Of a stretch of 37,576 nucleotides of DNA, positions 28,370 to 37,576 are shown piece by piece. Within the stretch, counting starts at the first letter, position 1; every line of letters begins with the position of its first letter. The stretch spans positions 1 through 37,576 of the forward strand of contig JBDRUX010000009.1 in assembly GCA_039801565.1 (NCBI GenBank). Reading direction: 5' to 3'. Source of the stretch: a candidate division WOR-3 bacterium (GTDB lineage Bacteria > Hydrothermota > Tepidihabitantia > Tepidihabitantales > JAOUPE01). The notes below the pieces were generated by a model, which was not told where the DNA came from, searched no databases, and saw only the letters and a program-made list of their open reading frames with translations. The translations under genes were made by a program, and so were the position numbers.

Positions 28370-30265
28370 ATGAATTTAAGGAAATGGGTTGTTTTAGTAT
28401 TTGGCTTCGTCTCGCTGCTTACCACTGGTTGTTTTAATAAGCCGCCGAAGATACCCCAAATCGTTTGGGCGCCGGAATCTACTTATACCCGCGCTACTGT
28501 GGTAGTTCGGGTCGCAACAACTGACCCTAACAAGAACAAAATTTATTACATTATGGATTGGGGTGACAATGTGATTGATACTTTTCCGAGTGGCGAAGAA
28601 GAAGAGCCATTTGCCAGCGGCGAGACCGTTGAAGTCTATCATATCTATGAAAAATGGTCACCCCGGGACCAGCCCCATAGTAAAATATTCGAGATAAGAG
28701 CATCGGCAAAAGACGATAAAGGAAAGATTCAGAAGAATTTTTCTAATCCAGTTTCGATAAGAGTAATTTATAACGATGAACCCGACCGACCAAGGATTTG
28801 GTTGAAAAATGAGATGGGCGGAATTAAAACTCGACAAACCTTTTATGCGGCCGCAACTGACCCAGAGGGCGATAGCATTGCGGTGCGGTTTAGCTTTATG
28901 GGCGCTAAAGAATGGACAAATTTCCGAGCCAGTGGCGATACAATTTGGGCAGAAGCGATTTTTGACCGGGTGGGAACCCAACGGATATGGGCAATCGCCA
29001 AAGATAAAAAAGGTTCCCAGTCAGCAAGGTCCGAGACCTTAGATTTCGTCACCATTGACGAAGGTTATGTGTTAAAAACATTTCACGCTGAAACTCGACC
29101 CGATGAAGGTGAAACCGAAACATTGGGAATGCAGTCATCACCGGCAATTGCTTCAGTCAGTGGAGTCGAGTATATCTTTATCGGTTCCGAAGCGGGCAAA
29201 GCGCATATCGTTAGGACATCGGATATGCGACAGACCGCCTACACCTATCCCGATGTCGAAGCAGCATATGATGAATTGCCTTGGGGAAATTCAGCAGCAG
29301 TCAATGTTCCAGCTGGTCAATGGTATATTGCCAATGACCAAGGTGAACTTTATTGTTTGAGTACCGCCAGTGCCTCAAAGATCTGGCGTTACCCAAATCG
29401 GCCGGATACCGCATTTACCGATTGGGATTTGACCGATGCTGCATTTAGCAGTGGTTATGTCTATGTCGTAAATCGCGATGAAGATTCGCTCTATGTCCTT
29501 AGTCAAGCTTCTGGTACCAAGGTCGGTTATTATACGAGCCCTGGTTTAACTGTTGCACCAAGTATTGATGCCCAAGGTAATGTCTATATCGGTGACGATT
29601 CCGGCTATGTACATAAACTTAATCCAACCGGTGGCTTAATATGGAAGCATAAACTTGATGGTTCAATCTCAACCAGCCCGGTGATTGATGGTGTTGGAAA
29701 TATCTATATTGGTGCCAATACTGCAACCGGTGGTTATCTTTATGCTTTAAATCCGGACAGTAGTCTGAAATGGACTTATTCCATTGGCGAAAATATCTTT
29801 GCCCAACCAGCCATTGGTACCGATAATAATCTCTATTTTTGTGATTTTGCGGGTCGAGTTCATGCGGTGAATTTAACAACCGGAACACCAAAGGCGGGTT
29901 GGTCTCTAATCAATCTCGGCGCTGCCGGGTCAAGTCCAGCCTTCACCGCTGACAACTATTTCTATATTAATACTGAAGAATACCATGTGTTCTGTATTGG
30001 CATAGATGGCAAGATCCGTTGGGAAACTCCCTTGCCCGTAGCTGCCAAAAAGCGGCGTGCTTCCTTAAGCAAACGTGAAGACTTATTAGTTCTATCACCA
30101 GTAATTGGTTCTAATGGTGATATCTATGTTGCGGCCGGTGAAGATGAACCCGGTTTATATAAATTAAAAGGTCGCACTACCGGCATTACTGCCAATACTG
30201 ATTGGCCAATGTTCCGCCACGACCAGAATCATTCCGGCAAAGCCGGTTATTCACCTTCTCGTTAA
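28370..30265 (+). CDS. Lipoprotein with PKD-like domains and PQQ-like beta-propeller repeats
   Basis: Lipobox LTTGC; DWGD; repeats such as SPVIDGVGNIYIG, LYALNPDSSLKWTY; C-terminal WPMFRHDQNHSG. Confidence 0.8.
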   Translation: MNLRKWVVLVFGFVSLLTTGCFNKPPKIPQIVWAPESTYTRATVVVRVATTDPNKNKIYYIMDWGDNVIDTFPSGEEEEPFASGETVEVYHIYEKWSPRDQPHSKIFEIRASAKDDKGKIQKNFSNPVSIRVIYNDEPDRPRIWLKNEMGGIKTRQTFYAAATDPEGDSIAVRFSFMGAKEWTNFRASGDTIWAEAIFDRVGTQRIWAIAKDKKGSQSARSETLDFVTIDEGYVLKTFHAETRPDEGETETLGMQSSPAIASVSGVEYIFIGSEAGKAHIVRTSDMRQTAYTYPDVEAAYDELPWGNSAAVNVPAGQWYIANDQGELYCLSTASASKIWRYPNRPDTAFTDWDLTDAAFSSGYVYVVNRDEDSLYVLSQASGTKVGYYTSPGLTVAPSIDAQGNVYIGDDSGYVHKLNPTGGLIWKHKLDGSISTSPVIDGVGNIYIGANTATGGYLYALNPDSSLKWTYSIGENIFAQPAIGTDNNLYFCDFAGRVHAVNLTTGTPKAGWSLINLGAAGSSPAFTADNYFYINTEEYHVFCIGIDGKIRWETPLPVAAKKRRASLSKREDLLVLSPVIGSNGDIYVAAGEDEPGLYKLKGRTTGITANTDWPMFRHDQNHSGKAGYSPSR

Positions 30266-30279
30266 TCATAAAAGAAGTT

Positions 30280-30319
30280 GTCAAGCCCCCTTTGTTAGCC
30301 AAGGGGGCTTGACTTTTTT
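30280..30319 (+). terminator. Intrinsic terminator
   Basis: GTCAAGCCCCCTT-tgttagcc-AAGGGGGCTTGAC then TTTTTT. Confidence 0.85.
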
Positions 30320-30343
30320 ATGATTCTTTTATAGGATAAAACA

Positions 30344-30670
30344 ATGCCTGAACAATTCGAATCGGACAAAATGACTACCAAACTGAGGAAGAATGATTTA
30401 GATAGATTACTTCGGTTAATTAAAATTGATTTGAATGAAACCGAACTGGAGTTGTTCAGTTCCCAACTTCCTAAGATTGTTGATTATTTTCAAAACCTCA
30501 AAACACTAAATTTACAAAATATCGAACCAACCAGCCATATTGTAAAAATAACTTGTCCACGTCGTCCCGACCGAAAGATTACTTGTGCTGATAACGTCTT
30601 AACGAAAATGCCCTGGGTTAAATTTAACCAATTCTTTGTGCCAATTATCCTTGATGCCTTATCCGAATAA
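30344..30670 (+). CDS. gatC: Asp/Glu-tRNA amidotransferase subunit C
   Basis: QLPKIVDYFQNL, IEPTSH, FFVP; upstream of gatA. Confidence 0.85.
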   Translation: MPEQFESDKMTTKLRKNDLDRLLRLIKIDLNETELELFSSQLPKIVDYFQNLKTLNLQNIEPTSHIVKITCPRRPDRKITCADNVLTKMPWVKFNQFFVPIILDALSE

Positions 30671-30695
30671 CTAATTCGTCAAAACCAACATTAAC

Positions 30696-32153
30696 TTGAT
30701 GATAGCAAATAGCAATTCATCTCCTAAAGAGCTTTGTGATTTATCAATCACTGAGCTGAGAAATCTTTTGATAAACAAAAAAATCACCTTTTCGGATATA
30801 ACCGATTCGGTTGTCCATCGGATTGAAGAACGGGAAAAGAGAATTAACGGGTATATCACATTATTTATTGACCAAGCAAAAAGGCAGGCTCGTGAATTGG
30901 ATTTAACTAAAGAGCCACTAACCAATCTACCAATTCTTTGTGGTATCCCAATCGCCATCAAAGATAACATATTAGTTAAAGATGAACTTACTACCTGTGG
31001 TTCAAAGATCTTAGCCAACTTCATTGCACCTTACGATGCGACAGTTATCGAGCGTTTAAGAGCAAGTGGTGCTATAATCATTGGCAAGACTAATCTCGAT
31101 GAATTCGCAATGGGTTCATCCAGTGAAACATCTTATTTTGGTCCAGTTTCCAATCCCTTTGATTGCGATTTAGTTTCAGGCGGTTCAAGTGGTGGTTCGG
31201 CAGCGGTCGTTGCCTATGGCGGAGCAATTGCGGCATTGGGTTCGGATACTGGTGGTTCGGTTCGCCAACCCGCAGCGTTTTGTGGTGTAGTCGGAATTAA
31301 ACCAACTTATGGTCGGGTCTCCCGTTATGGTCTGGTTGCATTTGCTTCTTCTTTGGACCAGATTGGCCAAATCGCTCGGACCGTGAAAGATTGCGCAATT
31401 CTCCTTTCGGTCGTTGGTGGCTGGGATGAGCATGATTCAACATCGGTGAAAGAGGATATTACCGGAATTTTAAATTTTGAGTCAGGTGTTAGTGAAATCA
31501 AAGTTGGAATTCCTAAGGAATACTTTGTCGAAGGGCTTGACCCTAAGGTTGCCCAAGCGGTTGATAATATGATTAAAACGCTAACTCCATATTGTGCTTC
31601 GGTAAAAGAGATTTCATTGCCCCATACGAAATATGCAATTTCGGCTTATTATCTGATCAATATGGCAGAAGTTTCTTCCAATCTTGCCCGTTACGATGCG
31701 GTAAAGTATGGTTATCGCTATCAAGATGCCAAGACCTTACGTGAGTTGTACGAAAAGACCCGGGGCGAAGGTTTTGGTCAAGAAGTAAAACGGCGAATCA
31801 TTCTTGGTGCTTATGCCTTATCCAAAGGTTACTATGAGGAATATTATGGCACTGCCCAAAAGGTTCGTACTTTAATTCGTAACGATTTTGAAGAAGCGTT
31901 TAAAGAAGTGGATATTCTATTAACCCCGACCAGCCCGACCGTTGCTTTTCGGAAAGGCGAAAAAATTGCCGACCCTCTAACAATGTATCTTTCTGATATC
32001 TATACCGTGCCTGCCAGTTTAGCTGGCCTACCGGCAATCTCAATCCCTTGCAAAGATAAAGTAAATAACCTACCCGTTGGTTTACAGATTATCGGACGCC
32101 CCTTCGCTGAAAAAACAATTCTAAGTGTTGCCCATTGGTTAGAACAGCAATGA
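30696..32153 (+). CDS. gatA: Asp/Glu-tRNA amidotransferase subunit A
   Basis: Amidase signature [32 protein letters not shown]; start TTG 30696 or ATG 30699. Confidence 0.96.
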   Translation: MMIANSNSSPKELCDLSITELRNLLINKKITFSDITDSVVHRIEEREKRINGYITLFIDQAKRQARELDLTKEPLTNLPILCGIPIAIKDNILVKDELTTCGSKILANFIAPYDATVIERLRASGAIIIGKTNLDEFAMGSSSETSYFGPVSNPFDCDLVSGGSSGGSAAVVAYGGAIAALGSDTGGSVRQPAAFCGVVGIKPTYGRVSRYGLVAFASSLDQIGQIARTVKDCAILLSVVGGWDEHDSTSVKEDITGILNFESGVSEIKVGIPKEYFVEGLDPKVAQAVDNMIKTLTPYCASVKEISLPHTKYAISAYYLINMAEVSSNLARYDAVKYGYRYQDAKTLRELYEKTRGEGFGQEVKRRIILGAYALSKGYYEEYYGTAQKVRTLIRNDFEEAFKEVDILLTPTSPTVAFRKGEKIADPLTMYLSDIYTVPASLAGLPAISIPCKDKVNNLPVGLQIIGRPFAEKTILSVAHWLEQQ

Positions 32154-33565
32154 TTGATTTTGAACCAATCATTGGAATGGAAGTCCACGTTCAGTTAAAG
32201 ACCGAATCGAAACTCTTTTGCGCTTGTGCTGTGGAATACGGGGCAGAACCAAATTCTAATGTCTGTCCTGTCTGTTTAGGTTTACCAGGCGTCTTACCGG
32301 TGTTAAATGCTCGAGCGGTGGAGTTGGCAATAAAGTTAGCGTTAGCTTTAAACTGTCAGATTACCGAATATAGTCGGTTCGCACGGAAACATTATTTCTA
32401 TCCCGACCTGCCCAAAGGCTATCAGATAACGCAATATCAAGAACCATTAGCCCATTCTGGTCATCTGGTAATTGATAAAAATCGAATTCGGATTAAACGA
32501 ATCATTCTCGAAGAGGATTCGGGTAAATCTATCCATTGTGGTAGTGAGACACTGATTGATTTTAATCGCTGTGGAATACCGTTAGTTGAGATTGTCACCG
32601 AACCGGATATTCGCAGCCCTGTCCAAGCGGTTGAATACTTACGGAATTTGCGCCAAATTCTCCAATACCTTGATGTCTCGGACGCGGATATGGAAAAGGG
32701 TCATTTTCGTTGCGAGCCAAATATTTCGGTTCGACTTGCCGGCGCGGCATTTGGCACCCGAACCGAACTGAAAAATCTTAACTCTTTGCGCAATGTCCGT
32801 GATGCCCTGGAATATGAGATCAAACGCCAAACCGAAATACTAAAAAGCGGTGGCAAGGTTAACCAAGAAACTTTATATTGGGATGAGACCAAAATGGTTA
32901 CCGGTCCAATGCGCGGCAAAGAAGAATCCGAAGACTATCGCTATTTTCCTGAGCCAGATTTGCCACCTTTAGTTATTACTAAAGAAGAGATCGAAAGGAT
33001 TAAACAAGAGTTGCCAGTTATGCCTGAGAAGCGTAAAGAATATTTTATCCAAACCTTAGGGTTACCTGAAGCGGATGCTCAGATCTTGGTCGAAAGAAAA
33101 TCCCTCGCTGACTATTATGAGGCCGTTTTAAGATTTCTTTGGGAACCGAGGTTGGTGGCAAACTGGATTATTAGCGAAGTGGGTGGAATTCTCAATGAAA
33201 GGAAAATAACCATCCAAGAACTGGCTATCGCACCCCAAAGCCTGGCAAAACTACTGGCGATGCTTAAAGCCGGTGAGATAACGGGCACGGTGGCAAAGGA
33301 AATCTTTTTAGAGATGGTAGAAACTAAAAACGACCCGGCATTAATCGTTGCCCAAAAAGGAGTAACCCGAATTGACGATGAAAATTTATTAAATTCGGTA
33401 GTGGATGAGGTATTAGAAACAAATCCAAAAGTAGTCGAAAAATACAAAAAAGGGAAGACAACAGTAGTTAGTTTCTTAGTGGGTGAAGTGATGAAAAAAA
33501 CTAAAGGAAGATTCTCACCCCAAAAAGTTAACGAAATTCTAATAAAAAAACTATCAAATACCTAA
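32150..33565 (+). CDS. gatB: Asp/Glu-tRNA amidotransferase subunit B
   Basis: [44 protein letters not shown] overlap with the gatA stop. Confidence 0.97.
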   Translation: MIDFEPIIGMEVHVQLKTESKLFCACAVEYGAEPNSNVCPVCLGLPGVLPVLNARAVELAIKLALALNCQITEYSRFARKHYFYPDLPKGYQITQYQEPLAHSGHLVIDKNRIRIKRIILEEDSGKSIHCGSETLIDFNRCGIPLVEIVTEPDIRSPVQAVEYLRNLRQILQYLDVSDADMEKGHFRCEPNISVRLAGAAFGTRTELKNLNSLRNVRDALEYEIKRQTEILKSGGKVNQETLYWDETKMVTGPMRGKEESEDYRYFPEPDLPPLVITKEEIERIKQELPVMPEKRKEYFIQTLGLPEADAQILVERKSLADYYEAVLRFLWEPRLVANWIISEVGGILNERKITIQELAIAPQSLAKLLAMLKAGEITGTVAKEIFLEMVETKNDPALIVAQKGVTRIDDENLLNSVVDEVLETNPKVVEKYKKGKTTVVSFLVGEVMKKTKGRFSPQKVNEILIKKLSNT

Positions 33566-34095
33566 ATTGTAGTTTAGCGAAATCCCTGCTAAAGACTTGA
33601 CATAGTAGCCTATCAGGAAATCGCTATGTTTAAAATCATAACACCAACCAAGGTTATGGTTAACTTTTTACAAATAATCAACTTGCCATTGAACCAACCG
33701 CAAGAGAATCATACCATATCAATTTCATAGATACTTTAGTTATAGCTAACTCCACAAAAACAATTGCTAAATTAAACCAATTCTTCTGCTACTTAACTTA
33801 TCCTTACCCCGTTAATTGACTTCTCCATCCGTAGCCGTTGGCAAGTTGGAGAAAGTCGTTGTCAGACCTTACAATTTATTATTAATTGGTATTGGGCGAT
33901 ATTCAGATTAAACCCTTTAACCCATCGCTCCTTATCGCAATTGGTGATTTTAAGGCACGGATTCCTGAAAACCACCCAATGAATAGGATTGGAATTTGCA
34001 CCAGAAAAAGAATGGATCCGGAAAATTTTGATGATATTTAGCGAATTATAATAATAACTTAGTTGGTCTTCGAAATTCGTTAACCCTATTCGATA

Positions 34096-34974
34096 TCATG
34101 AACTTTTTATTATTTTGGCTAAAGCGGCAATATGGGTAGGTTGTGTTCCACAACAACCGCCTAAAATCATTAAACCCTTATCTTTTAATTGCGACATAAG
34201 CCGAGCGAACTTGCTTGGTGTTAAATATTGGTCAAATTTTCTATCAATCGGTGGTCCGAAGTTAGGATAGACGCCGATTGGCATTTTCGCCACGGCTAAT
34301 AATGAATCAATGACTTTCTCAATAATGTTAAGCGTTGTGCAATTGATAAGAAAAGCCAATGGCTTATATTTCGCCACTTGTTTTAGGGCAGAAAGTAGCT
34401 TATCGCCATTCAAGATATTACCGTCTTCTCTTAAGGCAAAACTGACCATCGCTGCCATTTTTAATCGTTGGGCTTGGTTTAGAACAATCAATGCCTCCTC
34501 GATGCTAATCATCGTCTCGGCTAAAATGAAATCCACTCCGCCCAGTTTTAAATTTCGAATATGTTCATAATGGTCCCTTTCGGCTAATCTTCGACCCGGA
34601 TAAAGGTTGGGTGAGAAGCAATCTTCGATCGGTGCCACTGAACCAGCGATTAAGACTTTTTTCCCGCCGACCGCGCTCTTTGCCAAATCGCAAGCAATTT
34701 TGGTCAATGCTCTGGCGATAACCCTATTCATCTTTACCGCTCCGCTCTTTTTTATCGTATAAGGGTTAGTCCGAAAGGTATTGGTAGTGATGATATCGGC
34801 ACCGGCTTTGATGTAATCCTTATGGATTTGCAAAACCAATTTGGGCGCAGTAAGTAGGGCTTGAGCCGACCAGAGGGGCAATTGGGTTTTAAATCCCCGA
34901 CGCTCTAATTCCGTACCCATTGCGCCATCAAGAATTAACGGACGATGAAAATTTAGTCTTAACAATCGGGTCAT
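34096..34974 (-). CDS. Homocysteine S-methyltransferase family protein
   Basis: ILDGAMGTEL, AGADIITTNTF, ETM, INC, GGCCGT; start set at ATG 34974 because the longer ORF extends into the repeat element. Confidence 0.9.
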   Translation of the reverse strand: MTRLLRLNFHRPLILDGAMGTELERRGFKTQLPLWSAQALLTAPKLVLQIHKDYIKAGADIITTNTFRTNPYTIKKSGAVKMNRVIARALTKIACDLAKSAVGGKKVLIAGSVAPIEDCFSPNLYPGRRLAERDHYEHIRNLKLGGVDFILAETMISIEEALIVLNQAQRLKMAAMVSFALREDGNILNGDKLLSALKQVAKYKPLAFLINCTTLNIIEKVIDSLLAVAKMPIGVYPNFGPPIDRKFDQYLTPSKFARLMSQLKDKGLMILGGCCGTQPTHIAALAKIIKSS

Positions 34975-34979
34975 TCTAT

Positions 34980-35050
34980 TTCGACGCAGTCGAATTCTTA
35001 AGGAATTTTCTTTTTCTTTCAAAATCCGATTCGGATTCGACGCAGTCGAA
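34980..35050. repeat. Modular palindromic REP-like element
   Basis: TTCGACgcaGTCGAA (34980-94 and again 35036-50) flanking AATTCTTAAGGAATT and AATCCGAtTCGGATT. Confidence 0.85.
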
Positions 35051-35079
35051 TATATTGAAATTGTTTAAAGGGTTCAAAT

Positions 35080-36570
35080 TTAATGCCGGAAATGTCGGAT
35101 TTGGGTGAATAAAAGGGGTAGTTTATATTCGTTACAAGCCTGGATAACTTCAGCATCTCTTACTGACCCACCCGGTTCAACAATTGCCCCAACACCGGCA
35201 TTGTGAGCAATATCAATAGAATCGCGGAAGGGGAAGAATCCGTCCGAAGCCATAACTGAACCTTTAACCAAATCTTCGGCTTTCTTAATCGCCAGTTCAA
35301 CCGAATCAACTCTTGACATCTGCCCTGCCCCAATCCCAACCGTTCTCAAATCTTTAGCCAAGACGATACCGTTAGAGCGGACAAACTTAACTACCCGCCA
35401 GGCAAATTCTAAATCTTTTAATTGCTTTTGGGTTGGTCTTGACTCGGAGACCAGCTGCCAATTTGAACTATCTTCGATTGTGCTGTTGCGCTCTTGGATT
35501 AAAATTCCACCCAAAGCGCTGCGCAGAATTAATTTGGGTAATTGACCGGAGAATTCAACAACCCGTAGATTTTTTTTGGTCTTAAAGACGGTTAGGGCTT
35601 CTTCGGAAACTTTTGGGCTAACAATAACTTCAAAGAAACTCTCAACGATTGCCTTAGCAGTTTCGACTTCTATTGGCTGATTACAGCCAACAATCCCACC
35701 AAAGGCTGATTTTGGGTCGCAAGCGAAGGCACGACGGAAAGCATCAGTGGCATTGATACCTAAAGCAACACCGCACGGTGTATTATGTTTAATAATCGCA
35801 CAAACAGTCTCAGCGAACTCGCTGATAATTCCAATCACTGAGTCAATATCTAATAGGTTATTATAAGACAACTCCTTGCCCCAAAGTTGATTAATCTTAA
35901 TATTTGAAAACGGGTCGGCGTAAAAGAAACCTTTTTGGTGGGGATTTTCACCATAGCGCAATGGTAAAGATTTGATGTAAGACTTAGTTAAAAACTCTGG
36001 AAAATCAACCTGTTGCCATCGACGATAAAAATATTCATAAATCACACTATCATAATGAGCAACAATCTCCAATGTCTTAAGGGCTAAAAGTTCTCGAGTC
36101 GAAGAGGAGACTTCACCAAATTCCTTTAATTCTTTTAATACTAACGGATAAAATTCCGGTTTTGGCACCGCGGTAACAAAGGTATAATTCTTAACCGCGG
36201 CACGCAAAAGCGTCACCCCACCAATATCAATCAATTCCACCATATCTGACACTGCCAAATTCTCTTTTAGATAATGTTCAAACGGGTAAAGATTACAGAC
36301 AACGATATCAATTGGCTCAATATTTGATTCCTTCCGATAAGAAAGGATACCAGCCGCAATTTTAGGATGGATGGTCTTCACCCGGCCGTTTAACACTTCA
36401 GGGGATTTGGTCCATTCCGAAACTTCAAGGACCTTGATGCCAGAGTCTTTTAAAATTTGAGCGGTTTTACCTGTTGCCAAAATTTCAATTCCTAATGTGA
36501 CTAATTCTTTGGTAAATTCGACAATTCCGGTCTTATCCCAAACACTAATTAATGCGCGCTTTGGCTTCAT
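35080..36570 (-). CDS. purH: Bifunctional IMP cyclohydrolase / AICAR transformylase
   Basis: RALISVWDK, GRVKTIHP, IDIGG, LRYGENPHQ, SDGFFPFRD, RHFRH. Confidence 0.97.
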   Translation of the reverse strand: MKPKRALISVWDKTGIVEFTKELVTLGIEILATGKTAQILKDSGIKVLEVSEWTKSPEVLNGRVKTIHPKIAAGILSYRKESNIEPIDIVVCNLYPFEHYLKENLAVSDMVELIDIGGVTLLRAAVKNYTFVTAVPKPEFYPLVLKELKEFGEVSSSTRELLALKTLEIVAHYDSVIYEYFYRRWQQVDFPEFLTKSYIKSLPLRYGENPHQKGFFYADPFSNIKINQLWGKELSYNNLLDIDSVIGIISEFAETVCAIIKHNTPCGVALGINATDAFRRAFACDPKSAFGGIVGCNQPIEVETAKAIVESFFEVIVSPKVSEEALTVFKTKKNLRVVEFSGQLPKLILRSALGGILIQERNSTIEDSSNWQLVSESRPTQKQLKDLEFAWRVVKFVRSNGIVLAKDLRTVGIGAGQMSRVDSVELAIKKAEDLVKGSVMASDGFFPFRDSIDIAHNAGVGAIVEPGGSVRDAEVIQACNEYKLPLLFTQIRHFRH

Positions 36571-36582
36571 TGAGCTATTTAA

Positions 36583-37576
36583 TTATGGTCCAAATTTTTT
36601 AAGTTTTCGGGCATAAGCTAATAGAAGCGGCATTACATCCGTAGCCGGAAATAAACCCAGTCCCCCTTGGGCACAGGTCCGTTCGTTAAATTCTTTTACT
36701 CCAGAGGCGCGGCAAGTCGGGGCATAGATGAGAAAAGGGTTCGGATGCCAGGAATGGGATGCGAGCAGGGCTGGGGTTGAATGGTCGCTGGTGATGCAAA
36801 GCACATCGAAATTTAGTCCAAGAATCTTCGTTAACTTCTTATCGAACTCTTCTATTAATTTAACTTTCCCTTCAAAATTACCATCTTCACCCATCTTATC
36901 CACTTCTTTAAAATGGAGGTAAAAGAAATCGAAATCGGCTTGGTATTGCTGTAGGGTTGAAATTTCATCATCCCAGGTTTCGCCCGTCGGCAAAATTTTC
37001 ATTCCAACCAATTTAGCAATGCCCTTATACATCGGATAAGTGGCAATGCAAGCCGGTTTAATCTTAAAACGACTTGCCATTGATTCAATATTAGGGTATT
37101 GGGCAAACCCCCGCAAAAGAATGAAATTTGCTTTTGGCTCATCAGCCAGAATATTTTTTGTCCAGCGCAAGAATGCGTTGACAATCTTAGCGCTCTTTGC
37201 CGACCTTGGTGTTATGGCATTAACTTCGAGTGGTTTTTTACCTTCATGTTGCGGGTCGGTATCATTAAGTTCGGACGCCAACCCTTCACCCCGGAATACG
37301 ATAGCAATTCGATGTTCTTTACCTGGTTTTATAATCACTTCAATATCTTCAATTGTTTTAATGGTCTTGGCTAATTTGGTACAGAGTCGTCGGTTCTCTT
37401 CGGTTGAGATTCTGCCCGCGCGACGGTCAATAACATAGCCGTTCTCATCAATCGTAGCAAAATTGGCACGGACGCACAAGTCTTTTGGTGTTACATCTAA
37501 ACCGACACCTAATGCTTCTAATAACCCTCGCCCGATTTGAGTTTCCATAGGGTCGTAACCAACCAAAGCAAGATGG
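36583..37576 (-). CDS. apgM: 2,3-bisphosphoglycerate-independent phosphoglycerate mutase (ApgM type), 5' end outside the window
   Basis: GRGLLEALG, RANFAT, IDRRAGRI, KEHR, TSDHSTP, HSWHP. Confidence 0.9.
   Translation of the reverse strand, partial: HLALVGYDPMETQIGRGLLEALGVGLDVTPKDLCVRANFATIDENGYVIDRRAGRISTEENRRLCTKLAKTIKTIEDIEVIIKPGKEHRIAIVFRGEGLASELNDTDPQHEGKKPLEVNAITPRSAKSAKIVNAFLRWTKNILADEPKANFILLRGFAQYPNIESMASRFKIKPACIATYPMYKGIAKLVGMKILPTGETWDDEISTLQQYQADFDFFYLHFKEVDKMGEDGNFEGKVKLIEEFDKKLTKILGLNFDVLCITSDHSTPALLASHSWHPNPFLIYAPTCRASGVKEFNERTCAQGGLGLFPATDVMPLLLAYARKLKKFGP

Noticed and set aside
34096..34974. Link between the methyltransferase and SAM-AMP type III signalling
   Set aside because: It lies about 13 kb from the island among purH/apgM; the locus has a CARF effector and no CorA, NrN or SAM lyase.

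Overview
Bacterial chromosomal window. The protein style suggests a diderm anaerobe such as candidate division WOR-3, but that is a guess. Left: minus-strand housekeeping run grpE-dnaK-dnaJ-rpsU-mutS2-dnaG-rpoD. Centre (about 10.4-21.2 kb): a type III-A-like CRISPR-Cas island with cas6, a fused nucleotidyltransferase(MNT)-HEPN gene, cas10 (HD and GGDD intact), csm2, csm3, csm4, a TIGR02710-like CARF-HEPN effector, cas1, cas2 and a 13-repeat array, followed by a cluster of short-period repeats. Right: DUF2934/ECF sigma/anti-sigma, an outer-membrane protein, uvrB, tRNA-Ala(TGC), three exported-protein genes, gatCAB, then minus-strand homocysteine S-methyltransferase, purH and a partial apgM. The best candidate for something new is the Csm module. 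Csm3 has no Asp at or near the catalytic position, csm5 is absent from the locus, Csm2 carries an extra N-terminal Zn finger, spacers are long and variable (39-51 bp), and the MNT-HEPN fusion heads the effector operon. Together this suggests a non-slicing, signalling-centred type III variant (inference). Also seen: a modular palindromic REP-like element in three copies, heptamer inverted-repeat elements at the array trailer, a 12-bp-period array, and recurrent promoters with 16-bp spacing, several predicting leaderless mRNAs.
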